64,000 nt of DNA from Methanobacteriota archaeon (GCA_947084985.1 CAMTUI010000023.1:25724-89723); one strand, 5' to 3'. Counted from the first letter of the stretch, positions 27,291 through 37,043 are shown. The notes: generated by a model not told the origin, from the sequence alone. Program-made: numbers and translations.

Positions 27291-27790
27291 GCCCGCCGCT
27301 TTCGCTTTCGCGACGTTGCCCTTCCGTCTCCGCGCGGATTCGCGCGGGCGCCGCGTGCCGGCCCTTTTTGAAGAGCGAGCCATTCCCCCACCTTCCTCAC
27401 GATCTTCCGCGTGCCGTCCAGGTCGCCTTCGAACCGCGGGAGGCGCACCACGTCCGTGCGGAGACCGCGCCGGCGGCACTCCTCGATGATCCGCTCCTCG
27501 TTGTGGATCTGATCGAACCCGAGGACGATGATGTCCGGACGGATCTCGTCCAGGATGTCGTAGATGTTCCCCTCGTGGCCGAGGAGCGCGCGGTCCACGG
27601 GCTTGAGGGCGTCGACCATCTGGAGCCTCGATTGCTCGGAGGTGATCGGTTCGTGCTTGAACTTCCGCGCAGTAGTGTCCCGCGCCACGACCACGACGAG
27701 CTCATCGCCGAGCTTCCGCGCCTCGCGGAGGAAATACACATGACCGGGATGGAGGAGATCGAAGACCCCCGTCGCCATTACGCGGACCAC
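27287..27790 (-). CDS. ribL: FAD synthase (archaeal cytidylyltransferase fold)
   Basis: VMATGVFDLLHPGH, VVVARD, LKPVD, PDIIVLGFDQ; position in the rib operon. Confidence 0.9.
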   Translation of the reverse strand: MVRVMATGVFDLLHPGHVYFLREARKLGDELVVVVARDTTARKFKHEPITSEQSRLQMVDALKPVDRALLGHEGNIYDILDEIRPDIIVLGFDQIHNEERIIEECRRRGLRTDVVRLPRFEGDLDGTRKIVRKVGEWLALQKGPARGARANPRGDGRATSRKRKRRA

Positions 27791-28476
27791 GAACGCCACG
27801 CTCGGACGATGTCCTGCCCTTCCAGGAAGACGAGATTCCTATCTCGCGCATATGCCTTTGCATCCTCCTTGGAGAGGGCCCGTCCATCGTCCGCCATCAT
27901 CTCGCAGATCGTCGCTGTGGGAGCGAGTCCCGCCATGGCCGTGAGGGCCGTAGCGAGCTCCGTGTGGCCGCGCCGGTCGACCAGGAGAGGGTCCGACGCG
28001 TTCAGCAGGGGCACGTGCCCGGGCGAACGGAATTCGCGCGCGAACACGTGTGCCGCCCATCCGTTCTCGCGCTTGATCGCTTCCCTCGAGATCTCCGCGA
28101 GGCGGGCGATCGTCCTCGCGCGGTCGATGTCCGTCACGCCCGTGAACGTGTCGCGGTGGTTCACCGTGATCGAGAAGGCGCTATGCCGATCGTACCGCAT
28201 GTCCTCCGTCGAGACTTCGCCGAGGATGGGGTACGCGGCCCGCGCGCTTCGCAGGACGTCGGCCATGTACGGCAGCCCGAGGCGGGAGTGGAGCTCCGCG
28301 GCGAGGGTCACGCAGATCAGGCCGCCCGCTTCCTTCCGCAAGGTGCGGATCGCGGCCGGAGACACGAACTCGCTCGCGATCGTCAGGTCCGTCTCCTCCT
28401 CGCGACCGTCGCCGTCATAAATCAGGACGAATTCCCCGCGGCGGAGCGCGGCGAGGGCCGGCTCGAGATCAGCCAC
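27778..28476 (-). CDS. ribB: 3,4-dihydroxy-2-butanone-4-phosphate synthase
   Basis: YDGDGREEETD, GGLIC, FSITVNHRDTFTGVTDIDR, FRSPGHV, RRGHTE, CEMM. Confidence 0.95.
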   Translation of the reverse strand: MADLEPALAALRRGEFVLIYDGDGREEETDLTIASEFVSPAAIRTLRKEAGGLICVTLAAELHSRLGLPYMADVLRSARAAYPILGEVSTEDMRYDRHSAFSITVNHRDTFTGVTDIDRARTIARLAEISREAIKRENGWAAHVFAREFRSPGHVPLLNASDPLLVDRRGHTELATALTAMAGLAPTATICEMMADDGRALSKEDAKAYARDRNLVFLEGQDIVRAWRSWSA

Positions 28477-28585
28477 GGTCGATGGGAGCCTGCCGCGATA
28501 TTTCAAGATTATTGTAGAAACCAGGTTATTGGTAAAATCGACCGAAGGCACAGGCCTTATCCTGACGGGGCCGATGCGGAACGAG

Positions 28586-29635
28586 ATGCTCGAAGCGGAC
28601 GCGGTCGCGCGGAACGACCCGGGCAAGATGCGCGACATCATCGCGTCGCTGCCGGAGCAGCTCGTGTCGGGGATGCGCCTAGGCCTCGGCTCCGCCGTGG
28701 AGCTGGGCGAGGCGCAGCGCGTCTTCCTCGTCGGCATGGGCGGGTCCGCGATCGCGGGGGACGTGTTCGCGGCGTGGGTCGCGGACCGGTCGAAGGTCCC
28801 GATCCAAATCGTGCGTGACTACCGCTTGCCCTCATACGCGAGATCGGAGGATGTCCTCGTGGCCGTGAGCTACTCCGGAAAGACGGAGGAGACCCTCGCG
28901 GCCGCGACGCAGGGGATGAAGCTCGGATGTCGGATCGTCGCGATCACGTCGGGCGGTGCGCTACGGGATCTCGCTCGCAAGAACCGCATGCCCCTATTTG
29001 AGGTGCCGCCCGGACTGCCGCCGCGCGGGGCCTTTGGCCATCTCTTCGGCATCCTTCCCTCCATCGGGGAGGAGTGGGTCTACGGGGACCTCCGAGGGGA
29101 ACTCGACCGGGCCGTCGGGCATCTGCGGGAGCTGCGCACGCGCTTGCACCCAGACGCGGGGATCCGTTCGAATCGCGCGAAGTCCCTCGCGGTGCGCCTC
29201 CGTGCCTCCGTCCCGACGATCTACGCGGCACCTCCCTTCACGCCGATCGCGAAGCGATGGCAGACGCAGTTCAATGAGAACGCAAAGGTGCTCGCCTTCT
29301 CCTCCTCGTTTCCTGAGGCGGACCACAACGAGCTCGTGGGATGGTGTGAGGATCCCCGCGCGCGCCGCTATTCCCCGATTCTGATCCGCGATCGGGACGA
29401 ATCCCCGGAGTTGCGGAAGCAGCTCGACATCACCGTCGCGCTCATGTCACGCCACACGACGGTCCTCGAGGTTGAGGACGATGGGGAGACGCTCCTCGCG
29501 AGACTCCTCGGGTCGTTGTTCCTGGGGGACTATGTGAGTCTCTACCTCGCGGCCCTGCGTCGGGTCGACCCGCTCCCGCTCAAGCCGATCACGGAACTGA
29601 AGTCGAAGCTCGCCCGCGGCCATCGAAAAAACTGA
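28586..29635 (+). CDS. Bifunctional phosphoglucose/phosphomannose isomerase
   Basis: GMGGSAIAGD, SYSGKTEET, PPRGA, RWQTQFNENAK, PEADHNE. Confidence 0.93.
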   Translation: MLEADAVARNDPGKMRDIIASLPEQLVSGMRLGLGSAVELGEAQRVFLVGMGGSAIAGDVFAAWVADRSKVPIQIVRDYRLPSYARSEDVLVAVSYSGKTEETLAAATQGMKLGCRIVAITSGGALRDLARKNRMPLFEVPPGLPPRGAFGHLFGILPSIGEEWVYGDLRGELDRAVGHLRELRTRLHPDAGIRSNRAKSLAVRLRASVPTIYAAPPFTPIAKRWQTQFNENAKVLAFSSSFPEADHNELVGWCEDPRARRYSPILIRDRDESPELRKQLDITVALMSRHTTVLEVEDDGETLLARLLGSLFLGDYVSLYLAALRRVDPLPLKPITELKSKLARGHRKN

Positions 29636-29636
29636 A

Positions 29637-29751
29637 CGCCGGGAGGGAGACTTTCAGGCAGCCGTCACCAGAGCGGCGGGGGGCCCTTTGAACTCCCGAG
29701 GGCTCGCGCCCACCAGCTCTCCATGTTGGCGCCCTACCGGACTATCCCGGC
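29637..29751 (-). tRNA. Atypical tRNA-Ser(GGA) with a 36-nt intron at 59/60 (29651-29686) and a 4-nt D-loop
   Basis: Acceptor GCCGGGA/TCCCGGC+G73, long variable arm GGGC-GCGA-GCCC, T-stem GGGAG/CTCCC, perfect BHB (TTCA/TGAA helix, AA|G and AG|T bulges). Confidence 0.8.
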
Positions 29752-29911
29752 CAGCCTTACGGGAGCGGAAACGTCCAGTTTGAACCGCCCAAGGACTGAT
29801 ATTTGTAGCAGAATAGGCCAAAAGCGAGACAGTCCCGGCCCGTCGCCCCGAGCGGATGGATAAGGAAGTTGCCACCTCCGTTCGAGCGAGCACGTCACGA
29901 CGACGTCTTGA

Positions 29912-30698
29912 TTGGGTTTGGGACCATCGCGCACAGCCGTGTGGTCTCTCGCGTACGTCACCCTACTTGGATTCCCCTCGGTCGGCGTTTTGGCGGCTTA
30001 CGCCGCAGCGCTGCACTCTTGGCAACGGACTCTGATCAGATTTCCGCCGAGTCCTGATGTCCGAGGCTCTCGGGGCAAGATAACTGCCCTCATGGCGCTC
30101 CCGATTCCTTTGGTCGTCTTCGGGATCGTTCTTTTGTTTCTACTATTCGGAGAGGAGATCCCTGAGACCGTGGCCCAGCCCGCCGCCCTGGCCTACGGGG
30201 TCCCGGCGTTTCTCTCCGGAACAGGCATCGCCATCATCTACACGCGGATCTTCACGCCTGCGGTGTTCACGAAGGAAGGGTATGGCCGGGTCATGCCTCT
30301 GGCCGTGATGCCCCTCACCTCGGCGATATTTGGCCTCGTCATCTCCTTCCTATTGATTGGCGGTGCGTCGAACCCTGCCAAGTCCACAGCGTGGACCACC
30401 GAGACGGTGTGGCTGGCATCGGCTCTCCATGATTGGGGGCATCGGGAGTCCTGTCAGTGCTTGGTTCGCAGTTTCGGCGTGGGACTTCAAGACCAAGGAA
30501 ACGTGGCCTAGGGCTCTCGCGGGGTCGGCACACGGTGGTTATGTCACTGTGGTTTGCCTCGCCCTTGCGATGGCCCTGCTCCGGCAGTGGCTCCTCTTGC
30601 TTTTCATGGTCCTCTACTTTGGAGCTGCCATCGCGCTCGGGATAGGGCTGTTCTTCCGAGCCCGACACAAACGACTGCGAGCGATGCGACCCTCGTAA
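29912..30698 (+). pseudogene. Frameshifted multi-TM protein resembling triplicated A/V-type ATP synthase subunit c/K hairpins without the catalytic Glu
   Basis: Overlapping ORFs 29912..30511 and 30357..30698 switch frame near 30425; MALPIPLVVFGIVLLFLL and VMPLTSAIFGLVISFLL resemble the LPETxAIYGL motif; visibly lower GC. Confidence 0.55.
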
Positions 30699-30767
30699 TG
30701 CGGCCGTACAAGGCACCACGCTCACGCGCCCCGAGCGGACTCGACCGTCACCGCGACTAGGAGGCGA

Positions 30768-30874
30768 CGCCGCGGGGGAGATTCGAACTCCCGAGGCCTT
30801 GCGGCCACGGCGTGGCTGGCGGCGGTTTGCCGCCGACTCCAGCGCCGCGCCCTACCGAGCTAGGCGACCGCGGC
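30768..30874 (-). tRNA. tRNA-Ser(GGA) with a canonical 23-nt intron at 37/38 (30814-30836)
   Basis: GCCGCGG/CCGCGGC+G, anticodon stem CGGCG/CGCCG, BHB CTGG/CCAG, variable arm GGCC-GCAA-GGCC, GGGAGTTCGAATCTCCC. Confidence 0.93.
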
Positions 30875-31018
30875 ATGTTTTGCTAGGATTCCGTTCCACA
30901 GGACCATTGGGAAGGAGAGTCGGGCGGAATCTATCGGACCAGGCGACCTCGGCACCCAGCATCGCGCCCATCGGCTCCGCCGTAATAAAGATTCTCCGCG
31001 ACCGCGCGAGCGCGAGAA

Positions 31019-31975
31019 TCATTTCCAGAGTTTCGGGTACGTCCCGGGGTCCATGAGGACGCGTTGCGTGTCTGCGGACACGCCGGATTTCGCGATCACG
31101 ATCTCGTCCGTCGTCATGAGGGCCTTCGCGAGCGCGACCGCCTCCCCTTTCCCCGTGTACACGCCGACGGAGTCCCCGCGGCGGATGTGCGGCGAGAGCT
31201 TCGCGACTCCGGGGACGGCGAGGTTCGCCCCGTGGCAGAGCGCGTCGACCGCGGTGTCCTTGATGACAATCGTCGGGAGATGCGCGAGGAGGGATTCGAC
31301 CGGGCGGAGGAGCGCGCGGACGGGCTCCGAGTTCCCGTCGTCCTTCCAGAACGTGAGCGCATCCCGGAAGTCATTCAGCGGATGGGCCTCCGCCTCCGCG
31401 AAGGTCGCCGTGCGCGTGCGTCGCAGGTCCACCATGTTTGCCCCGACGCCGAGGGCGTCCCCGATGTCCACGCACAGGGTGCGGATGTACGTGCCGGATT
31501 CGCACCGCACCCGGAACAGCACGTTGCGTCCATCGATCTCCAGGGGCTCGAGGTCGTACACGTGGCGCGTCCGTTGCTCCCGCTTGACCGCCGCGCGGAC
31601 CGGCGGAGTCTGGTAGATCTCTCCGACGAAGCGGGCGATCATCGACCGGATGCGGCGCTCCTCGACGTCTTGGTGAAGCTGCATCACGCCGACGTACTCC
31701 TTGTCTCCCGCGAGGACGGCCTCGAGGGCCCGGGTGGCATGCGCAAGGCCCACCGGAAGGACGCCGGTCACACGCGGGTCCAGCGTCCCCGAGTGCCCGG
31801 CCTTCGGAACACCGAACATGTCGCGCACCCACGCGCTGACCTGGTGCGACGTCGGCCCGGCGGGCTTGTCGACCACGGCGACGCCGAGGCGGATCCGTTC
31901 TTCGATCGTCCGCTCTTCGGGACGCTTCCCGTGCTTGGAATCCGGGGTATCGTGCAGGATGACGAGGTCGCTCAT
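31019..31975 (-). CDS. cbf5: H/ACA RNA-guided pseudouridine synthase Cbf5
   Basis: DKPAGPTSHQVSAW, GHSGTLDP, IYQTPPVR, SGTYIRTLC, PUA domain, YPKLWK. Confidence 0.96.
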   Translation of the reverse strand: MSDLVILHDTPDSKHGKRPEERTIEERIRLGVAVVDKPAGPTSHQVSAWVRDMFGVPKAGHSGTLDPRVTGVLPVGLAHATRALEAVLAGDKEYVGVMQLHQDVEERRIRSMIARFVGEIYQTPPVRAAVKREQRTRHVYDLEPLEIDGRNVLFRVRCESGTYIRTLCVDIGDALGVGANMVDLRRTRTATFAEAEAHPLNDFRDALTFWKDDGNSEPVRALLRPVESLLAHLPTIVIKDTAVDALCHGANLAVPGVAKLSPHIRRGDSVGVYTGKGEAVALAKALMTTDEIVIAKSGVSADTQRVLMDPGTYPKLWK

Positions 31976-32511
31976 CCCGCCACCCGGGACGCGATGAGGG
32001 CGACGATCTCGTCGGGGGTCTTGCGCGCGGAGTCGATCACGACGTCGAAGAGGCGCGTGTCCTTCAGGTCGATTCCGTAGATCGACTTGTATCGGGCGCG
32101 CTCCGACCGCTCCCGTGCCGTGATCTCGCTCTTCGCCGCCTCGACCGATTTCTTCTCCCGACCCGCGATCCGCTCCGCGCGAACGTCGAGGGGGGCGTCG
32201 ATGAGGACCTTGAGGCACTCGACATGGCGTTGTGCGAAGAGGTACGCCTGGATCCGACCGTCGACGACCACGTTGCGCCCGTTCGACGCATTCGACTCGA
32301 TCTCCTCGTACACCGCGCGATCGAGAGATCGATCGATCTCCGGGTCGGCCTCCGCGAGGCGCCCGAGCTCCTCGAGGGACAGGCCGCGCTCCTTCGCCAT
32401 CGCGCGGAACCGCATCCCCGCGCTCACGAGCGCGTACCCGCGAACCTTCGACCAGCGTTCCGCCACCGTCGTCTTGCCGCTGCCGGGCGGTCCTCCGATC
32501 ACAAGGATCAT
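31972..32511 (-). CDS. cmk: Cytidylate kinase (archaeal)
   Basis: IGGPPGSGKTT, SAG..FR..AKERG, DGR, RYKSIYGID; synteny with cbf5. Confidence 0.92.
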   Translation of the reverse strand: MILVIGGPPGSGKTTVAERWSKVRGYALVSAGMRFRAMAKERGLSLEELGRLAEADPEIDRSLDRAVYEEIESNASNGRNVVVDGRIQAYLFAQRHVECLKVLIDAPLDVRAERIAGREKKSVEAAKSEITARERSERARYKSIYGIDLKDTRLFDVVIDSARKTPDEIVALIASRVAG

Positions 32512-32521
32512 CCGCGACCCC

Positions 32522-33253
32522 TCAGGCACCGTCGCCCGCTTCCGCACGGAGCGGCACACCCATCGACTCGAGGCGCCGCTTGAAGCGGATGTACTTCAGG
32601 ACGCGGGTGATGATCTGCCCAAACGGGATCGCGAGGAGGGAGTAGAGGAGGACCCATGATGGAAAGACGTACACGGAGTTCAGGTACACGTGGTTGGACC
32701 AGGGCACCGCAATCCATTGGTTGCCGAGATCCAGGAGGACGATGTCGACGAAGAGCCGGAGCCACGTGAAGATCACGATGAACATGAACATCGTCCAGGC
32801 CATGGACTTCAGGGGCGTCGTCTGCATCTCCATCGAGTCCTTGAGGAACCCTTGCTGGGCCTCCTTCAGCTTCTCCAGCTTCGTCGTCTGCCCCTTGCGG
32901 ACCGCGTCCATCTGTTCCTTCCGCCACGCGGACATGATTTTCTGCGTCCGGGCCATCTTCACCCAGTTCGTGTAGTGGTCCCGGATGATCGAGGAGACCG
33001 TCGTCGTTAGCATCCCGGCGAGGAGGATCGTCAGGACCGGGAGGGTGCCCCCGAAGCCGATCGCGGGCATCAGGGCGACGTTCGCGATCGCGGCGAAGGC
33101 CTTGCCCAGCTCTTGATCGATGAGCGCCCAAACCGCGAGGAGGCCCAGAAAGATCATGATGAAGCGCGAAAGGCTGGGCCGGTTGAACTTCAGCGCGGGT
33201 CGTGCCGCTTCCGTGGGTTCCGCCGTCTCCGCCGAGCCCGGATCATCGGCCAC
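32522..33253 (-). CDS. DUF106 / EMC3-TMCO1 (Oxa1 superfamily) membrane protein
   Basis: TM helix, coiled coil, KSMAWTM...IFTW, W...Y pattern; usual position upstream of cmk. Confidence 0.85.
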   Translation of the reverse strand: MADDPGSAETAEPTEAARPALKFNRPSLSRFIMIFLGLLAVWALIDQELGKAFAAIANVALMPAIGFGGTLPVLTILLAGMLTTTVSSIIRDHYTNWVKMARTQKIMSAWRKEQMDAVRKGQTTKLEKLKEAQQGFLKDSMEMQTTPLKSMAWTMFMFIVIFTWLRLFVDIVLLDLGNQWIAVPWSNHVYLNSVYVFPSWVLLYSLLAIPFGQIITRVLKYIRFKRRLESMGVPLRAEAGDGA

Positions 33254-33365
33254 GGGTTCGCCAATGGACCTCGCGATATAAGGATTGTGCAACCCGAGTG
33301 GAATTCCTCGTATGGCGGGAGAGAATTCTAATCTCTGCAGATGCCTCGCCATGCCCGGGACATAG

Positions 33366-33671
33366 ATGATTGCGCGCCTATGGCATGGACGGACGGCGGC
33401 CTCGCGAGCGGATGACTACTTCGAGTACCTCAAGCGGATGGGTCTCGACGACTACTCGAGGACGGAGGGGAACCGCGGCGTTTACGTCCGGAGACGGATC
33501 GAGGGGGGCCATGCGGACTTCCTCCTCGTCTCCCTTTGGGACTCAATCGAGGCGATCCGCCGCTTCGCGGGGCCGGACATCGAGAAGGCCGTGTACTACC
33601 CCGAGGACCGGGACTTCCTGACGGAACTGAAGCCGAACGTGTCCAACGACGAAATCCTCGCCGCGCCCTGA
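33366..33671 (+). CDS. Antibiotic biosynthesis monooxygenase-like (dimeric alpha-beta barrel) protein
   Basis: MIARLWHG, GNRG, SLWDSIEAIRRFAGPDIEKAVYYPED. Confidence 0.8.
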   Translation: MIARLWHGRTAASRADDYFEYLKRMGLDDYSRTEGNRGVYVRRRIEGGHADFLLVSLWDSIEAIRRFAGPDIEKAVYYPEDRDFLTELKPNVSNDEILAAP

Positions 33672-33686
33672 CGCCGACGGGAGTCG

Positions 33687-34055
33687 TCAACCGCCTTCGG
33701 GGGTCGCTGGAGGCCCGCCCAGGGCCGCCTGGATCTTCTCGCCGAGGCCCTCGTACCGCTCCGCGAAGGATTTCTCCTGCTTCTGGAGGGATTTCACGCG
33801 GATCGTGAGGGTCTCCTTGTGCTCTTCGAGTTCCTTCTTCAGCGCGTCCCGGTCGTCTTGGCGGACGAGGAGCATGCCGATGCTCTTGTAGATCGGCGTG
33901 TCGCCGGAGATCTTGTTCAACTCTTCGAGCGTCCCGTCGATCTCGCGCAGCTTCGCTTCGAGCTGGACGCGCTGCGAGGCGAGGACCTGGAGTTGCTGCT
34001 GGAGTTGCTGGTACTGCGCGATCTGGTTCTGGAGCTGCGGGGAGAGTTCCTTCAT
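33687..34055 (-). CDS. pfdB: Prefoldin beta subunit
   Basis: LSPQLQNQIAQYQQLQQQ, IYKSIG.LLV; coiled coil. Confidence 0.95.
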   Translation of the reverse strand: MKELSPQLQNQIAQYQQLQQQLQVLASQRVQLEAKLREIDGTLEELNKISGDTPIYKSIGMLLVRQDDRDALKKELEEHKETLTIRVKSLQKQEKSFAERYEGLGEKIQAALGGPPATPEGG

Positions 34056-34285
34056 GAGGTCACCTCGCGGCGCACGCGGGCGGCCACGTCGGCCCAGCGA
34101 AGATACGAATTCACAGCGGCGCGCAGCGCGCTCGTGTCTTCGGCGTCGATCGTCAGCGTGAGGCGGTTCCGGGCGTATCGCATGGAGACGCGGGCCTTAG
34201 GCACGTCGCGTCCCGTCTCCGGTCGGAGAACCTCGTGTACGATCCGCGCATCGGGACCTTCGACGAGGATCGTTGCGCGTCGCAT
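34052..34285 (-). CDS. pcc1: KEOPS complex subunit Pcc1
   Basis: L.PE, IDAEDTSALRAAVNSYLRW. Confidence 0.9.
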   Translation of the reverse strand: MRRATILVEGPDARIVHEVLRPETGRDVPKARVSMRYARNRLTLTIDAEDTSALRAAVNSYLRWADVAARVRREVTS

Positions 34286-34287
34286 GG

Positions 34288-34422
34288 TCACCGCGCCTTG
34301 ACGATCTTCTTGACGTTCGGCCGCTCCTTGTAGAAGATCTTGGACCCGCACCGCTCGCACTGGATCCCGACCGTGTTGATGTTCGTCCGAATCGGCTCGA
34401 GGCACTTCGCGCACTTGTACAC
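34288..34422 (-). CDS. rpoP: DNA-directed RNA polymerase subunit P (Rpo12)
   Basis: YKCAKC...CERCGSKIFYKERP..K.VKAR; GGAGG SD. Confidence 0.93.
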   Translation of the reverse strand: MYKCAKCLEPIRTNINTVGIQCERCGSKIFYKERPNVKKIVKAR

Positions 34423-34424
34423 GC

Positions 34425-34712
34425 TCAGGCCTCCTTTGACTTGGCCTCGGCGCCCTCGTCCGGCTCCTGAATCTCCCGCTTGAACGACGTCGTGATGATC
34501 GGTCGGTACGCTCCGCCCGCGAAGACGTGGCCACAGTGCCGGCAGGCCCAGACGCCGGTCGACTTGCGGCGCACGGCGACGGCCTGGCATTTCGGACACG
34601 TATGGCGGGTCCTCAGGCCCTCCTCGATCTCCTGCACGCGCCGCCGGATGCGGACGCCGTAGCGGGGCCCGAACCGGGCCACGATGCCGGACTTCCGAGT
34701 GCGACGAGCCAT
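34425..34712 (-). CDS. rpl37ae: 50S ribosomal protein L37Ae (eL43)
   Basis: RFGPRYG, CPKC, TGVWACRHCG..FAGGAY. Confidence 0.96.
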   Translation of the reverse strand: MARRTRKSGIVARFGPRYGVRIRRRVQEIEEGLRTRHTCPKCQAVAVRRKSTGVWACRHCGHVFAGGAYRPIITTSFKREIQEPDEGAEAKSKEA

Positions 34713-34720
34713 GATCGACC

Positions 34721-35500
34721 TCAAGAGGGCTGAAGGAACGGACGAATCGATCGACCGACGCGCTGGCTGATCTCGATAATCCGCTTGACTTCGTCGTAAG
34801 TGAAGCTTCCACTTAAGCCTTTTTGCATCGCCCGGACATCACCGTTTTCATCCGTCGTCACGGTGAGGCGCGCGTCGGCCATCCGCCCCTCGTCGAGGTT
34901 CGGATCCACGAGCAGGACGTCCTTGATCTTCGACACGGTCACGCTCACCGGCCAGTGCTGGACGGGCAGCGGGAAATCGTCGCCGACGCCAAAGTTCTTC
35001 GCGGGGACGATTGTCGACCCGAGGGCCGCCGTGGCTGCGTACGAGCAGGCGTCGAACAAGTTTCCGTCGTAGTCGAGGACGTGAATGTCGATGAACATGA
35101 CCCAGACCTTCTCCTTCGGGATGATGCACATCTTCTTCATGTCAACCATCTTCGACTCGCGGATGCCGCGGTCGACGACACGGGCGAGCTCGATCGCTTC
35201 GGGCCGGGGCGGGCCCGCTTCGAAGGTCGGGCTGGCCATGGGGATGAGCTCGACGCTCGTCGACAGCACGCCCGAGTTTGGGGTGTCGGGATAGGGTTCC
35301 CCGACGGACATCTTGATGCCCACCAGGACGTCCGTGTTCCCGAGGCGCACGCGGGCGCTGCCTTCCGCGGTCTTCACGAAGGCCCGCTCCACGGTGACCT
35401 TGCGGGGCTCGTCGAGCGCGCGGCCGTCGAGCCGCTGGCCCGTCGACGCGAGGCGGTACACGTGGGCGCGCATGAGTTCCGAGACGACTTCTTCGGCCAT
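34721..35500 (-). CDS. rrp42: Exosome complex component Rrp42
   Basis: RLDGR, AEGSARVRLGNT, PYPDTP, IELARVVDRGIRES, DYDGNLFDA. Confidence 0.96.
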   Translation of the reverse strand: MAEEVVSELMRAHVYRLASTGQRLDGRALDEPRKVTVERAFVKTAEGSARVRLGNTDVLVGIKMSVGEPYPDTPNSGVLSTSVELIPMASPTFEAGPPRPEAIELARVVDRGIRESKMVDMKKMCIIPKEKVWVMFIDIHVLDYDGNLFDACSYAATAALGSTIVPAKNFGVGDDFPLPVQHWPVSVTVSKIKDVLLVDPNLDEGRMADARLTVTTDENGDVRAMQKGLSGSFTYDEVKRIIEISQRVGRSIRPFLQPS

Positions 35501-36331
35501 TCAGATCCCCTCCGGGCCCAGGTCGAAGTCCGACGGGGCCGGTTCCATCCGCTCTCCTGACGGCGCGGCAGGAGGCGATTCCTTCAGGATGTCCTCAAGC
35601 GTCACGGAATAGCGGCGGCGGAGCGCGTCCCGCTGTAAGTCGTAGATGCGGTGCGCTGCGGCGATCGAAAGGTCCATCGCCTTCTGGAACTCCTCGTACG
35701 TCAGATGGCCGTCCATCTGCAGCAGGACGATCTCGCCGGTGCGGGGGACGATTGCCATGGGACAATCCGCGTCTCCGAAGTTGTCCTCGTCCTTGTTCAG
35801 GTCGAGGCACACGATGCCTTCGATTTTGCCGCTCGCGCACGAGGTGACGAGGTCCCGCATCGGCACGCCGGCATCGGCGAGGGCGACGCTCGCGGCCGTG
35901 AGGCCGGCGCAGCGGGTCCCGGCTTCCGCTTGGAGGACCTCGATGAAGATGTCCACGGAGGTGCGGGGGAACTGCTCCTTGAACACGACGGCGGAGAAGG
36001 CCTCCGAGATGACCTTCGAAATCTCGACGGACCGTCGGTCCGGGCCGGGTCGCTTGCGGTCGGAAACACTGAACGGCGCCATGTTGTACCGACACTGGAC
36101 GAGGGCGCGAGCCGGATCCTGGAGATGCCTCGGGTGGGCCTCCCGCGGGCCGTAGACGGCCGCGAGGACCTTGTTCCCGCCCCATTCGATGTACGCGCTG
36201 CCGTCCGCGCGTCGCAGAACGCCCGCTTCAATCCGGATCGGGCGCAGCTCGTCGAATTTGCGGCCGTCCAAGCGCCGGCCGGAGTCGTCGATCAATTTCA
36301 CTTGTTTCTCTATGTGCTCGATATCTTCCAT
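35501..36331 (-). CDS. rrp41: Exosome complex exonuclease Rrp41
   Basis: [46 protein letters not shown]. Confidence 0.96.
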   Translation of the reverse strand: MEDIEHIEKQVKLIDDSGRRLDGRKFDELRPIRIEAGVLRRADGSAYIEWGGNKVLAAVYGPREAHPRHLQDPARALVQCRYNMAPFSVSDRKRPGPDRRSVEISKVISEAFSAVVFKEQFPRTSVDIFIEVLQAEAGTRCAGLTAASVALADAGVPMRDLVTSCASGKIEGIVCLDLNKDEDNFGDADCPMAIVPRTGEIVLLQMDGHLTYEEFQKAMDLSIAAAHRIYDLQRDALRRRYSVTLEDILKESPPAAPSGERMEPAPSDFDLGPEGI

Positions 36332-36344
36332 GCATGTCACTTCC

Positions 36345-37043
36345 TCAGGTGGCCCTCGGCCCCGCCTGTCCTCGCTGCACCCGCTCGATCAGCTCGCGGA
36401 CCGCTTCCGTGAGCCCGTACGCCTGCGCGCGTTCCTCGATCAACCGGATCGCCATCGCGGCGACCGCCGCGTTGCGGTCCTCTCCATCCAGCCATATCCG
36501 ACCGTTCTGGCCGACGTAAATCTGGCAGCGTGTCATGTCCTTGATCATCGAGACCATGCTCCCCTGCTTCCCGATCACGCGGGGCACTTTCGTCGGCGAG
36601 ACCTCCATCAGCATGCCGCCCTGGAGGCGGCGCGCCTCGCGGTCCGCCATCGTGAGCTGGACCCGCTTGATCTCGTCGACGCTGAGGACATGGCAAAGGA
36701 TCGCATCGCCCACTTTCAAGTAGCGTGCGGTGTCGCCGAACTCGACGCGCCACGGGCTCTCCGTGGCGTGAAGCGGCGCGGGATAAGGGGAATTGATGTC
36801 CACGAGCCAGTGAGATGGACCGAAATCTACGATCTCGCCGACGATCGCGTCGCCCGGTTGCGGGATGTACCGCCCGGCGAGGGGGATGACGCTTACCCGC
36901 CCGTCGCGCTCGGTTCGAACCCCGAGCTGCGCCGCGAAAATCTGTCCGTTGTCGCTGAACGTCCCGGATCCCGGTTTCAGCCCGGGGCCGCCGACGGCTT
37001 CGCCTGGAATGACAATCGGGCGAAGCGAGCCGCTACTCTGCAT
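36345..37043 (-). CDS. rrp4: Exosome complex RNA-binding protein Rrp4
   Basis: [40 protein letters not shown]. Confidence 0.95.
   Translation of the reverse strand: MQSSGSLRPIVIPGEAVGGPGLKPGSGTFSDNGQIFAAQLGVRTERDGRVSVIPLAGRYIPQPGDAIVGEIVDFGPSHWLVDINSPYPAPLHATESPWRVEFGDTARYLKVGDAILCHVLSVDEIKRVQLTMADREARRLQGGMLMEVSPTKVPRVIGKQGSMVSMIKDMTRCQIYVGQNGRIWLDGEDRNAAVAAMAIRLIEERAQAYGLTEAVRELIERVQRGQAGPRAT

Noticed and set aside
28490..28540. AT-rich divergent ribB/pgi region with weak ACCA-N6-TGGT symmetry as a riboflavin-regulator site
   Set aside because: Arms of only 4 bp and no second copy to support a motif
29637..29751. tRNA-Sec or tRNA-Pyl interpretation of the short-D-loop tRNA
   Set aside because: The anticodon reads GGA, the acceptor stem is 7 bp and the D-stem is 4 bp, unlike Sec (UCA, extended stems) or Pyl (CUA, short variable loop)
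29637..30874. The two tRNA-Ser genes as attL/attR of an integrated element
   Set aside because: Both are full length, their 3' halves differ by compensatory changes and intron position rather than being identical, and no integrase is present
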